A stretch of 64,000 nt of DNA, taken from contig CAWINB010000001.1 in the NCBI GenBank assembly GCA_963837465.1, positions 220,981 to 284,980 of the forward strand. The letters are read 5' to 3'. Each line of letters starts with the position of its first letter. Position 1 is the first letter of the stretch. Of this stretch, positions 54,552 to 63,382 are shown piece by piece. Made by a program: the position numbers and the translations under genes. The DNA comes from Candidatus Doudnabacteria bacterium. Lineage in GTDB: Bacteria > Patescibacteriota > Doudnabacteria > UBA920. The notes beneath the pieces were generated by a model, which was given only the letters and a program-made list of their open reading frames with translations, had not been told where the DNA came from and did not search any database.

Positions 54552-54719
54552 GACTATTCAATCTAATTGGCGAAAGTCAATAGTACACCTTAATTTTAAT
54601 TCTGGCTATCCAACATTTTTTGACTACCGTATATTTTTTGATTTTTAGGGATTACCTGGACGACAAAATTAAAATTATGGAGCACTAGACAGCTGATAAA
54701 TCAGCTAACTACACGCAAT

Positions 54720-55085
54720 TTATACCTTACCCTCCGCCGCCCATTTTTGTTCCAGTTTTCGGATTCCGGCTTCGTCAAAGCCAAAATGGTGGCCGATTTC
54801 GTGCCAGACTACGCGGCGGACGAGATTTGGGATGTTTGACGGGTCGCCCGCAAAGCGCTCTATAGTCCCCTTCCAAATGGTAATTTTATCCGGCAAAACC
54901 ATGCCCATGCCGTAAGACGAACCACGGTTTAACTGGGAAATTCCGTGGTACAAACCAAACAAGGAATTATTCGGCGAATCTCCGTCTTCCAAAACTATCT
55001 CAACATTACTCAGCTTCTCTTGAATCGATTCCGGCAACTCCCCCACCGCGTCGGTTATTAAATTTTCAAATTCTTCGCGTTGCAT
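54720..55085 (-). CDS. Zincin-like metallopeptidase-domain protein (HExxH).
   Basis: ...VVWHEIGHHFGFDE.... The start is placed at the internal Met (MQREEFENL...), which removes the overlap with the upstream HAD gene. Confidence 0.45.
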   Translation of the reverse strand: MQREEFENLITDAVGELPESIQEKLSNVEIVLEDGDSPNNSLFGLYHGISQLNRGSSYGMGMVLPDKITIWKGTIERFAGDPSNIPNLVRRVVWHEIGHHFGFDEAGIRKLEQKWAAEGKV

Positions 55086-55086
55086 T

Positions 55087-55692
55087 TTACAATTGGTATT
55101 TATTTTCCATAATTTTCTTAAATTTTGAAAAATCCGTATAAAACTCCGCGTTAATGCCAAATTCTTTGGCCGAGTCTACTGTAGATTGCTGGTCATCCCA
55201 AGTTAAGATTTCATTTTTCAATAGTCCAGGAAAATCTTTATAAATTTCACGCCAGAACTCAGCTTCTGGCTTTAAATATCCCACGTAGCAAGAAGAATAA
55301 ATACCGTCAAGAAAATTTTTCAGCCCAACTTGATTGGCCAAATATTCGGTGCGATATTTTTCGTTATTGGTAGACAAAAAACATTTTATCCCTTGTTTTC
55401 TTAAACTTATAATATAATTTTTCATATCTTCGTCTATCTCCGCCTCCCCTTCAAACCAAAACTCCATCAAATCATCGACCGTCTCCTTCCATCCCCAAGT
55501 CTCCAAACGCTTGGAAAGTTCTTGTTTTAAATCAGCTTTTCCTGTCTCACACCGCAAAAATTCATTTTGGAAAAACGATTTCTCTCCATCAGCATCAGTA
55601 TTAATCCCCTTTTGATCCCTGAGCCGCTGGCTGAAATATTTTGTATGTTTGATAATAAGGCCGTCGCAATCAAACAAAATTACTTTGATCAT
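55087..55692 (-). CDS. HAD-superfamily hydrolase.
   Basis: MIKVILFDCDGLII... (motif I DxDG). Confidence 0.7.
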   Translation of the reverse strand: MIKVILFDCDGLIIKHTKYFSQRLRDQKGINTDADGEKSFFQNEFLRCETGKADLKQELSKRLETWGWKETVDDLMEFWFEGEAEIDEDMKNYIISLRKQGIKCFLSTNNEKYRTEYLANQVGLKNFLDGIYSSCYVGYLKPEAEFWREIYKDFPGLLKNEILTWDDQQSTVDSAKEFGINAEFYTDFSKFKKIMENKYQL

Positions 55693-56226
55693 TTATAGTA
55701 AATTTAAATAATCCATCGCCAAATAACTTGAAGCTACGCTCGCGGAATCTGTAAAGTCAGTAGACTTTAAATATTTACGATAAGCTTTAAGAGGAAGCAA
55801 GACGGGCTCAAGAAATTCATTAAGATCAGGTTTTAGATTGCCGCCTTTTACGCAATTTTTTGCCAAAAAATTGTAACGAATCGATTTACTGTAAGCAGAA
55901 TTGATTTTTTTGCCAATAAAAATCAATTCGCCTATATAGCCAGTTTCTTCCGCCAACTCCCTTAAAGCCGCGCGGCCCACAGTTTCATTTTTTTCCACGC
56001 CGCCCGCGGGCAATTCCAAGGTTACTTTTTGGGGACCGGGACGGAATTGCTTGACTAAAATTATTTTATTGTCTTTAGTTAAAGGAAAAATGCTTACTAT
56101 TTTGTGACCGCCGCTAATATCGTAATGAGCCAATCTACGATCGGGAAGCTTAAAAGTAACTTTAGTCAGTTTCCTAAAATTAGTCTTATAAGGTTGCTCT
56201 TTGATTTTAATCCATTTTTTAATCAT
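55693..56226 (-). CDS. NUDIX hydrolase.
   Basis: Nudix box GGVEKNETVGRAALRELAEETG. Confidence 0.8.
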   Translation of the reverse strand: MIKKWIKIKEQPYKTNFRKLTKVTFKLPDRRLAHYDISGGHKIVSIFPLTKDNKIILVKQFRPGPQKVTLELPAGGVEKNETVGRAALRELAEETGYIGELIFIGKKINSAYSKSIRYNFLAKNCVKGGNLKPDLNEFLEPVLLPLKAYRKYLKSTDFTDSASVASSYLAMDYLNLL

Positions 56227-56378
56227 AAAAACCCGCCAATATTATGGCAGGTTTTTATACTAAACGCCAGACGCTATCCCCTAAACGCTATTATCCGCCT
56301 TCGCTAAAGCTTCCAATTTCGCCAAGGCTACATCGGACAAGTCGGCGGATGACCGCTATAATTTTAAATTAAAGTTGG

Positions 56379-57659
56379 TCAAAATCCCTCATAATCATGC
56401 ATCGTCAACTGCGCTTCCACTTTTTTAATTACCTCTATAACCACCGAAACGACAATCAGCAAAGATGTGCCGCCAAAGGTTAGGGAGGTGGTGCCGGTGT
56501 AGTTTTGCAGGACCAGGGGCAGAACCGCGATGACGGCTAAAAAGAAAGCGCCGGCCAGGGTGATGCGGTTTAGAACCATATTCAGGAAATCGGCAGTTTG
56601 GGCGCCGGGGCGCAGGCCGGGCACAAAGCCGCCGTTTTTTTGCACGTTCTCGGCAATTTCCTCGGGATTAAAAACCACGGCCGTGTAAAAATAAGTAAAG
56701 GCCATAATCAAAATAAAATAGCAGACTCCGTAAAACAAACCCTGGTTATTGAACAAGGCGATGGTTTTTTGCGCCAAACTGGCTAAAACATGGGAACGAG
56801 CATTGATAAAAAACTGCGAAATCATGGCCGGGAACAGCATTACGGAAATGGCAAAAATAATCGGGATAACCCCGGCTTGGTTAAGCCTTAACGGCAGGTG
56901 GGTATCCACTCCGCCGAACAGTTTATTGCCGCGCACTCTTTTGGCGTAAGCAATCGGGATGTTCCTTTGCGCTTCCGTTACCAGCACCACGCCGGCAATG
57001 ACAATCAAAAACACACCAATAAAAGCCAGCACAATCGGCAATTTGCTCGGATCGTACCAACTCGTTAAAAAATCCGCGTTGGCCGGCAATCTGGCCACAA
57101 TCCCGGCAAAGATGATTAGGGACACGCCGTTGCCGATATCAAATTCGGAAATAATTTCGCCAATCCACATAAGCAGCATAGTGCCGGCGGTAATGGACAG
57201 TAAAACCGTAAACCACTGGAACGGGCTAAAGTTACCCAGCACGCTGGCGCCGCCCTGGCTTTGCAGCAGGCGGATGGTGCCAAAACCCTGCAGCGGCGCC
57301 AAAACAATGGTCATCCAGCGGGTGTACTGGTTAATTTGCGCGCGTCCGGCCTCGCCGCCTTCCTTGGAAAGTTCGGCCAGGGAAGGAATGACAATGGTCA
57401 GCAGCTGCATAATGATGGTGGATGTAATGTAAGGGCCCACGCCAAGCATGGCAATGGAAAAACTGGTTAGGCCGCCGCCGGAAAAAATATCCAGCAGGTT
57501 AAAAAACTGGCTCTGCTGCAAATAATTTTTAAGGCCGCTTACGTCTATGCCGGCAATGGGAATGTGGGCCAAAATTCTGGTGAACAGCAAAAGCGCCAGC
57601 ACAATAAAAATTTTATTGCGCAAATCTTTTGTCTTCCAAATTAGCGATAATTTATTCAT
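56379..57659 (-). CDS. secY: Preprotein translocase subunit SecY.
   Basis: 426 aa with 10 TM helices and SecY signature regions. Confidence 0.9.
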   Translation of the reverse strand: MNKLSLIWKTKDLRNKIFIVLALLLFTRILAHIPIAGIDVSGLKNYLQQSQFFNLLDIFSGGGLTSFSIAMLGVGPYITSTIIMQLLTIVIPSLAELSKEGGEAGRAQINQYTRWMTIVLAPLQGFGTIRLLQSQGGASVLGNFSPFQWFTVLLSITAGTMLLMWIGEIISEFDIGNGVSLIIFAGIVARLPANADFLTSWYDPSKLPIVLAFIGVFLIVIAGVVLVTEAQRNIPIAYAKRVRGNKLFGGVDTHLPLRLNQAGVIPIIFAISVMLFPAMISQFFINARSHVLASLAQKTIALFNNQGLFYGVCYFILIMAFTYFYTAVVFNPEEIAENVQKNGGFVPGLRPGAQTADFLNMVLNRITLAGAFFLAVIAVLPLVLQNYTGTTSLTFGGTSLLIVVSVVIEVIKKVEAQLTMHDYEGF

Positions 57660-57711
57660 TTGTTATTCATCCCGATATGAAAAAATAAATAAGGTTTGTC
57701 TGACAAAAGAT

Positions 57712-58170
57712 TTATAACACCTTGCCACCGGCTTTCTCAATTGCTTCTTTAACGGATTTTGAGGCCGGTAACTTTATATTGAGTTTCTTTTTTATTTCCC
57801 CGCCCAAAATTTTGACTTTGGAGGTTTTATTGTCCACCAAACCTTTGGCTATTAAAGCAGCCAAAGTTACCGTGGCACCGTCGTCAAAAGCGCTGAGCTT
57901 GCTTAGGGAAATTACCGCTGGCTTGGCGTTTAAGGCCCTAAAACCCCGCAATTTCGGCAATTGGCGGACCAGAGGCTGGCGGCCGCCTTCAAAATTAGCC
58001 GGCATTTTGCTGTGGCCGGTTCGGGCAGTTTGTCCTTTGCCGCCGCGTGTGGAATAAGTACCATGGCCGCTGCCAAGACCGCGTCCGACAACTTTTTTGC
58101 GGCGGGTGGATTTGGGATGTTTTGTGAGTTGGTGGAGTTTGATCATATTTGGGAATGAATTATGAAGCAT
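57712..58170 (-). CDS. rplO: 50S ribosomal protein L15.
   Basis: ...GRGLGSGHGTYSTRGGKGQTARTG.... Confidence 0.9.
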   Translation of the reverse strand: MLHNSFPNMIKLHQLTKHPKSTRRKKVVGRGLGSGHGTYSTRGGKGQTARTGHSKMPANFEGGRQPLVRQLPKLRGFRALNAKPAVISLSKLSAFDDGATVTLAALIAKGLVDNKTSKVKILGGEIKKKLNIKLPASKSVKEAIEKAGGKVL

Positions 58171-58227
58171 GAATTAGGATTTATGACATGGGCGCATCCC
58201 TAATTCATAATTCCGGATTCCTAATTC
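58150..58227. repeat. Heptad-array palindrome, GAATTAG/GAATTAT family, between rpsE and rplO.
   Basis: tgaattatgaagcatgaattaggatttatgacatgggcgcatccctaattcataattccggattcctaattccta. Confidence 0.55.
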
Positions 58228-58731
58228 CTATTTGCGCATCTGAGAAAGTGTTTCCTTACTCTTCATCATTTTAAACGCGGCAAAAACCGCTTTGACATTG
58301 TTGACTTTATTGTTGCTGCCAAGCATTTTGGAAACAACATTTTTGACTCCCGACAGCTCCATAACGCTGCGCACCGCGCCGCCGGCAATAACACCGGTAC
58401 CGGGCTTGGCCGGCTTAAGCATCAAACTGGAAGACTTGTACTTTATTTTAAGTTCGTGGGGAATGGTGCCGTTAATTAAAGGCAGCTGGATTAAATTCTT
58501 TTTGGCCTGGTTGACAGCTTTGTTGACGCTCTCGGAAACATCCGCGCCTTTTTTTAAGCCCATACCAACCTTGCCTTTGTGGTCGCCAATAACAACCAGC
58601 GCCCTAAAGCGCATTCTTTTACCGCCGGCCGTGACACGCGTAACGCGTTTAACCTCCACGACTTTTTGGTCGAATTCAGACCTTTCGCGTTCGCCTTCAC
58701 CGCCCCTTGATTGTCTTCGTCTTTTTTCCAT
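58228..58731 (-). CDS. rpsE: 30S ribosomal protein S5.
   Basis: S5 dsRBD and C-terminal domain motifs. Confidence 0.9.
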   Translation of the reverse strand: MEKRRRQSRGGEGERERSEFDQKVVEVKRVTRVTAGGKRMRFRALVVIGDHKGKVGMGLKKGADVSESVNKAVNQAKKNLIQLPLINGTIPHELKIKYKSSSLMLKPAKPGTGVIAGGAVRSVMELSGVKNVVSKMLGSNNKVNNVKAVFAAFKMMKSKETLSQMRK

Positions 58732-58740
58732 AAATGTATC

Positions 58741-58851
58741 GAATCTACGAATTTAAACGAATCCACGAATACCTACGAATCCGTGAATCGACGAATTCGT
58801 AAATTCGTTGTCATTCGTTGATTCGTCCCATTCGTAAATTCGATTTATTAA
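58741..58851. repeat. Heptad-array palindromic element, ACGAAT family, between rplR and rpsE.
   Basis: atCGAATctaCGAATttaaaCGAATccaCGAATacctaCGAATccgtGAATcgaCGAATTCGtaaATTCGttgtcATTCGttgATTCGtcccATTCGtaaATTCGattta. Confidence 0.65.
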
Positions 58852-59205
58852 TTAAAACTCCAAACCGCCTTCTCTTGCGCCTTCGGCCAAAGCTTTTACT
58901 CTTCCGTGATAAGCAAAACCGCCGCGGTCGAATTTAACGGCTTTAATCTTTTTATCCAAAGCTTTGACAGCCATCAATTTGCCGACTTCTTTGGCAGTAT
59001 CGCTTTTTTTACCCTTGGTCTTTATCTCGCTGCTGGAAACAGCCGCCAAAGTTTTACCCGCTGTATCATCTATCAACTGGGCGTAAATATGTTTATTGGC
59101 GCGGAATACCGAAAGGCGCGGCCTGTCCGCGGATCCCGAAACCCTGGATCTCACGCGGCTGTGGCGGATAGAGCGTTTAAAATTTTTCTGCTTGTTCTTG
59201 TTCAT
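58852..59205 (-). CDS. rplR: 50S ribosomal protein L18.
   Basis: L18 family sequence. Confidence 0.9.
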   Translation of the reverse strand: MNKNKQKNFKRSIRHSRVRSRVSGSADRPRLSVFRANKHIYAQLIDDTAGKTLAAVSSSEIKTKGKKSDTAKEVGKLMAVKALDKKIKAVKFDRGGFAYHGRVKALAEGAREGGLEF

Positions 59206-59282
59206 ATAATAGGGGTTAGGGGTTAGCGTTTAGGGGTTAGATGGGCCCGTCCAGACCCTAATCCCTATACGCTATCCGCTTG
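59206..59282. repeat. GGGTTAG-family heptad element (imperfect inverted halves) abutting the rplR start.
   Basis: taggggttaggggttagcgtttaggggttagatgggcccgtccagaccctaatccctatacgctatccgc. Confidence 0.55.
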
Positions 59283-59283
59283 T

Positions 59284-59838
59284 TTACTTCCCGCCTCCGA
59301 CTACCTTAACAACTTTACCCGCTTTTCTCAATACAACTTCGTCGGAATATTTAATACCTTTGCCTTTGTACGGCTCCGGCTTTTTAAGCTCACGGACTTC
59401 GGCGGCGAACTGGCCGACCCGCTGTTTATCCGCTCCGGTGATGGTAATTAAATTTTTATCCGCCGTCACAGCCAGCTCTTTGGGAATATCAACTTCCACG
59501 GGATGGGAAAAGCCCAAAGCCATAACGATTTTCTGCCCCTGGACCGCGGCTTTAAAACCCACGCCGACTACTTCCAGTTTTTTTTCAAAACCTTTGGTGA
59601 CGCCATCCACCAAATTCTGGATTAAAGCCCGAAACAATCCCCACAGCGCGCGCTGTTTTTTGTCATCTTTGCCTTCCACATCCACCACAACTTCCCTGTC
59701 GCTGACGGTAATTTTTACCTGCGGGTGAATTGCCAAACTCAAAGTTCCCTTTGGACCTGTTACGGTTAAGGTTAAATCCTTTTTTTCTACCTTCACCCCG
59801 GAAGGAATAATCACTGGTTTTTTACCGATTCTGCTCAT
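59284..59838 (-). CDS. rplF: 50S ribosomal protein L6.
   Basis: L6 family sequence. Confidence 0.9.
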   Translation of the reverse strand: MSRIGKKPVIIPSGVKVEKKDLTLTVTGPKGTLSLAIHPQVKITVSDREVVVDVEGKDDKKQRALWGLFRALIQNLVDGVTKGFEKKLEVVGVGFKAAVQGQKIVMALGFSHPVEVDIPKELAVTADKNLITITGADKQRVGQFAAEVRELKKPEPYKGKGIKYSDEVVLRKAGKVVKVVGGGK

Positions 59839-59938
59839 AGAAGCTGAAAATTATACGCTGATTAATACTACGCTGGAATAAACGCTGCCGGCGTTTATCC
59901 GGCGTCTGCTTACAGCCGTCTTTAAACGGCTTCTATCT

Positions 59939-60328
59939 TTACCAGACCTGACACACCACTTCTCCCCCAACCTTTGCCTTCCTTGCTTCCTTGTCTGTCA
60001 TTAGTCCCCTGGAGGTGGATACTACCGTTACTCCGTAGCCGCTGTTGGTCCTGGGCAGTTTGTCGGCCGGAAGATAAATGCGCTGGCCGGGTTTGCTGAC
60101 CCTTTTTATGCCGCCGATAACCGAACCGCTGCCGGAATATTTAAGTTTTATCTGAAGCATCTTGTGCTGGCCTTTCAGCTCCGAAACCGCCGCTATGAAT
60201 CCTTCCTTCAAAAACAGCCGGGCCAGATTATCCTTAAATTTGGAGTACGGCAAAACCAGCTCGTCTTTTTTGGCGGCGGCGGCGTTGCGGATTCTGGTTA
60301 ACATGTCGGCGATGGGGTCTGTAAACAT
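59939..60328 (-). CDS. rpsH: 30S ribosomal protein S8.
   Basis: MFTDPIADMLTRIRNA.... Confidence 0.9.
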   Translation of the reverse strand: MFTDPIADMLTRIRNAAAAKKDELVLPYSKFKDNLARLFLKEGFIAAVSELKGQHKMLQIKLKYSGSGSVIGGIKRVSKPGQRIYLPADKLPRTNSGYGVTVVSTSRGLMTDKEARKAKVGGEVVCQVW

Positions 60329-60405
60329 AAAAATAGTTGTAAGTTCTAAGTTGTAGAGTTGTAAGTAACTTACTACTTACCAGCTTACAACTTACTGCTA
60401 GTTAA

Positions 60406-60600
60406 TTACCAACTTGCTTTTACAATTCCCGGGATTTCCCCTTTGGAAGCTAATTCTCTGAAACAAATACGGCAGATATTAAAGTCTCTCATGTAACCGG
60501 CTTTACGGCCGCACTTCCAACAACGCCTGGTAATTCTGCTGGAGAATTTAGGGTTTTTTCTGCTTCTTGCCGATTTGGCGATTTGAGCTTGTGTAGCCAT
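60406..60600 (-). CDS. rpsZ: 30S ribosomal protein S14 type Z (zinc-binding).
   Basis: Cys-x2-Cys...Cys-x2-Cys in ...[23 protein letters not shown].... Confidence 0.9.
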   Translation of the reverse strand: MATQAQIAKSARSRKNPKFSSRITRRCWKCGRKAGYMRDFNICRICFRELASKGEIPGIVKASW

Positions 60601-60716
60601 TGAGGTAGGGATTAGGGTATAGGGATTAGGGTATAGGGATTAGGGTATAGGGATTAGGGTATAGAAGGAAACGCTTTCCTGCTAAACGCTAATCCCTAGC
60701 CGCTAGACGCTAATTT
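60601..60716. repeat. Tandem 14-bp repeat (GGGATTAGGGTATA)x4 abutting the rpsZ start, followed by an inverted GCGTTAG-type segment.
   Basis: tagggattagggtatagggattagggtatagggattagggtatagggattagggtatagaaggaaacgctttcctgctaaacgctaatccctagccgctagacgctaa. Confidence 0.7.
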
Positions 60717-61254
60717 ATTTTTTAAACGGGAAATTCATCTGTTTTAATAATTCTTTTACCGGTTCGTTTTTGCCCGCGCCTGTGACAATGGAAACTTCAA
60801 GGCCAAAGACATTTTCCAGGGATTCCGAGGAGATTTCCGGAAATACCAGCTGTTCCTTTAAGCCTAAATGGTAATTACCCCTGCCGTCAAACCCTGTTTG
60901 CGGCAGTCCCTGAAAATCACGCACGCGGGGAAGGGCCACGTTAATCAGTTTGTCCAAAAAGCTGTACATTTTAAAGCCGCGCAGGGTGCAGGATACGCCG
61001 ACTATCTGGTTTTCCCGGACTTTAAACCCGGCGATGGATTTGCGGGAACGGTTCCTTACGGGCGCCTGACCGGTGATTTTTTTTATATCTTCCACAATCT
61101 GGTCAATCTTCTTTTTGTCATCCTTAACTTTGCCCACGCCCACGTTGACCACTACTTTTAAAATTCTGGGTACCTCCATGACATTGTTGAAAACGAACTT
61201 TTCCTTTAAAGCCGGAGCTATGTTCTTATTATATTGTTCCTGTAATCGTTCCAT
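60715..61254 (-). CDS. rplE: 50S ribosomal protein L5.
   Basis: L5 family sequence. Confidence 0.9.
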   Translation of the reverse strand: MERLQEQYNKNIAPALKEKFVFNNVMEVPRILKVVVNVGVGKVKDDKKKIDQIVEDIKKITGQAPVRNRSRKSIAGFKVRENQIVGVSCTLRGFKMYSFLDKLINVALPRVRDFQGLPQTGFDGRGNYHLGLKEQLVFPEISSESLENVFGLEVSIVTGAGKNEPVKELLKQMNFPFKK

Positions 61255-61320
61255 AGAATTAGTTATTTAGTGGATAGCAGTTAGCGTCTAGCCCTCTATA
61301 CGCTAACCGCTATACGCTCG
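61255..61320. repeat. GCGTATA/GCGTTAG-family heptad element between rplX and rplE.
   Basis: ttagtggatagcagttagcgtctagccctctatacgctaaccgctatacgctcgtc. Confidence 0.5.
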
Positions 61321-61321
61321 T

Positions 61322-61639
61322 CTACACCGCTTTTCCGCTGGCTTTTGCCGTTCTCTGTTTAATGCCGTTTTCCAAAAAAATAAAGCTTACTCTTGTGGGA
61401 TTTCCGGAAGAAGGGTCCAGCAGCATTACTTTGGAAATTGCCATAGTAGCCGCAAAGGTAATTTTTTTGCCTTTTTCCCCGGCGGTCTTGGAGCGTTCAA
61501 AGCGGGTGCGCAAATTAACATTTTCAACAACCACTTTACCCAATTTTGGCAAAACTTTAATCACCTTGCCGGTCTTGCCTTTATCCTTGCCGGATAAAAC
61601 CTTAACCGTATCGCCTGTTTTGATTCTGAGTTTATTCAT
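61322..61639 (-). CDS. rplX: 50S ribosomal protein L24.
   Basis: KOW-domain L24 sequence. Confidence 0.9.
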   Translation of the reverse strand: MNKLRIKTGDTVKVLSGKDKGKTGKVIKVLPKLGKVVVENVNLRTRFERSKTAGEKGKKITFAATMAISKVMLLDPSSGNPTRVSFIFLENGIKQRTAKASGKAV

Positions 61640-61649
61640 AGGATTATTT

Positions 61650-61726
61650 TTACGAAGTACGAATGTTTACGAACTTACAAAGGGAAACCGATTCGTACTT
61701 TCGTACCTGTTCGTACTTCGTAAAAT
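61650..61726. repeat. Heptad-array palindromic element, TACGAA family, between rplN and rplX.
   Basis: TACGAAgTACGAAtgttTACGAActtacaaagggaaaccgaTTCGTActtTCGTAcctgTTCGTAcTTCGTAaaatc. Confidence 0.65.
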
Positions 61727-62119
61727 CTAAATTACTTCCGGAGCCAATGATACAATCTTCTTAAATCCGTCCTTAAAGTTGCCTGCGGCCTTTTCGCGGA
61801 TTTCCCGCGGGATGGGCCCGAAAATACGCGTTCCTTTTGGTTCCCCGCTTTCTTTATCCACCAGCACGCCGGCATTTTCATCAAAACGGATGTAACTGCC
61901 GTCCTTGCGGCGGATTTCCTTGCGAAGCCTAACGATAACAGCATAAACCTTGTCGCCCTTTTTAAGGGTGGAATTCGGCGCTACCTGGCGGATGGAACCC
62001 GCGACCACATCGCCAATACGGGCAAAGCGGTTGCTGTTCTTGCCGTTGACGCTGAAAACATTGACGACTTTGGCGCCGGTGTTATCCGCTATTTTAATGT
62101 AGGAGCGTACTTGTAGCAT
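61727..62119 (-). CDS. rplN: 50S ribosomal protein L14.
   Basis: MLQVRSYIKIADNTGAK.... Confidence 0.9.
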   Translation of the reverse strand: MLQVRSYIKIADNTGAKVVNVFSVNGKNSNRFARIGDVVAGSIRQVAPNSTLKKGDKVYAVIVRLRKEIRRKDGSYIRFDENAGVLVDKESGEPKGTRIFGPIPREIREKAAGNFKDGFKKIVSLAPEVI

Positions 62120-62199
62120 AGGAACGATTATCTCTCTTTATTTCCATCTATTTTAAGTGGTTTCCGAAGTATGCAGAAATAGATAAAAATAAGTCGCGT

Positions 62200-62445
62200 C
62201 TAAATTTTACCGATTACCTTAAACTTCTTTTCCTTGCTCATCGGCCGTATGGATTCAATTACCACCCTGTCCCCTGTCTTGAATTCGTTGTTCTCGCTGT
62301 GAGCCTTGAATTTTTTGGAAATGGTGTAGGATTTTTTATACTTGCTGTGGCGCTTGCGCATGTCAACTTTAACAACGACCGTCTTCATCATTTTGTCGGA
62401 GACGACTATGCCGGTTAGTTGCTGTTTTTTAGGTTCGGTAATCAT
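62200..62445 (-). CDS. rpsQ: 30S ribosomal protein S17.
   Basis: S17 OB-fold sequence. Confidence 0.9.
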   Translation of the reverse strand: MITEPKKQQLTGIVVSDKMMKTVVVKVDMRKRHSKYKKSYTISKKFKAHSENNEFKTGDRVVIESIRPMSKEKKFKVIGKI

Positions 62446-62584
62446 ATCTATTCTTATAAATTTCTAATTATTCTAAGTGCCCTAAATAATGTCTAATGTT
62501 TTAATAACCAAGGCCTTAGAAATTGGAAATTGTGGATAGGTTATTTTTAGAATAATTAGCACAATTAGGTTAATTAGTATAATT

Positions 62585-62776
62585 TTACTTTGAAGCTTTC
62601 TGTCCCATAAAGGTCATTATTCTCGCGATATCTTTTTTAACCGCGCCGAGCTCCTTGTAATTTTTGACCTGCTTAAGCTTCATCTTAACAGAAAGGTCGT
62701 GGGCTTTGGCCCTTAGCTCTGCCAGTAAACTTTTAATCTCGCTTTCCGGTTTGGTTGTAAGTTCCTTGTAGTTCAT
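62585..62776 (-). CDS. rpmC: 50S ribosomal protein L29.
   Basis: 63 aa, L29 family. Confidence 0.85.
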   Translation of the reverse strand: MNYKELTTKPESEIKSLLAELRAKAHDLSVKMKLKQVKNYKELGAVKKDIARIMTFMGQKASK

Positions 62777-62855
62777 TTTTTGTAAAAGCTGATATATACG
62801 CTGATTAATACTGCGCTGGAGTAGATGCTGCCGGCGTCTGCGACAGCTTCCATTT

Positions 62856-63272
62856 TTACCCTTGTTTCTCTTTCACTAAAAACCTTGATTTTACCGGTAA
62901 TTTGTAGCTGGCCAGCCTCATGGCTTCCTGGGCCTGTTCCCTGGTAACGCCGTCCATCTCAAATAAAATCTTGCCTTTTTTAACAACGGACACGAAATGG
63001 TCAACGGCGCCCTTGCCGCCTCCCATGGGACTTTCGTTGCCGTGCAGGGTGACCGGTTTGTCCGCGAATACGCGAATCCAAATCTTGCCGCCTCTTTGCA
63101 CATAACGGGTCATGGCGCGCCTGGCTGCTTCAATCTGCCGGGCCGTAACCCAGCTGCTTTCCATAGCCTTTAGGGCGAACTGCCCAAAAGCGATGTTTTC
63201 GCCGGCTGTGGCCTGGCCGTAGGTATGACCGCGGTGGTGTTTGCGGTGTTTTAATTTCTTGGGAATAAACAT
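62856..63272 (-). CDS. rplP: 50S ribosomal protein L16.
   Basis: [15 protein letters not shown].... Confidence 0.9.
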   Translation of the reverse strand: MFIPKKLKHRKHHRGHTYGQATAGENIAFGQFALKAMESSWVTARQIEAARRAMTRYVQRGGKIWIRVFADKPVTLHGNESPMGGGKGAVDHFVSVVKKGKILFEMDGVTREQAQEAMRLASYKLPVKSRFLVKEKQG

Positions 63273-63382
63273 AGGGTATTAAGTAAAATTAAGTAAAATT
63301 TTTAATTAAATAAAATTGAAGCGCAGTCGCAGTCAAATTTTACTTAATTTTACTTAATTATGGCCAATTTTAATTAATCCTC

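Larger units (their letters stand above)
53444..54584 (+). mobile_element. IS630/Tc1-mariner-family insertion sequence of about 1.14 kb with imperfect terminal inverted repeats.
   Basis: IR-L ACTATTGACCTTCGCCAATTAGCTTGAATA at 53444-53473. IR-R reverse complement ACTATTGACTTTCGCCAATTAGATTGAATA at 54555-54584. The two agree at 28 of 30 positions. The transposase is in two frames (orfA 53504-54001, orfB frame open from 53988). Confidence 0.75.

Noticed and set aside
58171-58227. A missing rpmD (L30) between rpsE and rplO, read as an assembly gap.
   Set aside because: The 57-bp spacer is filled by a heptad palindromic repeat. Absence of L30 is a known trait of CPR-type lineages, so this is treated as a genuine absence.
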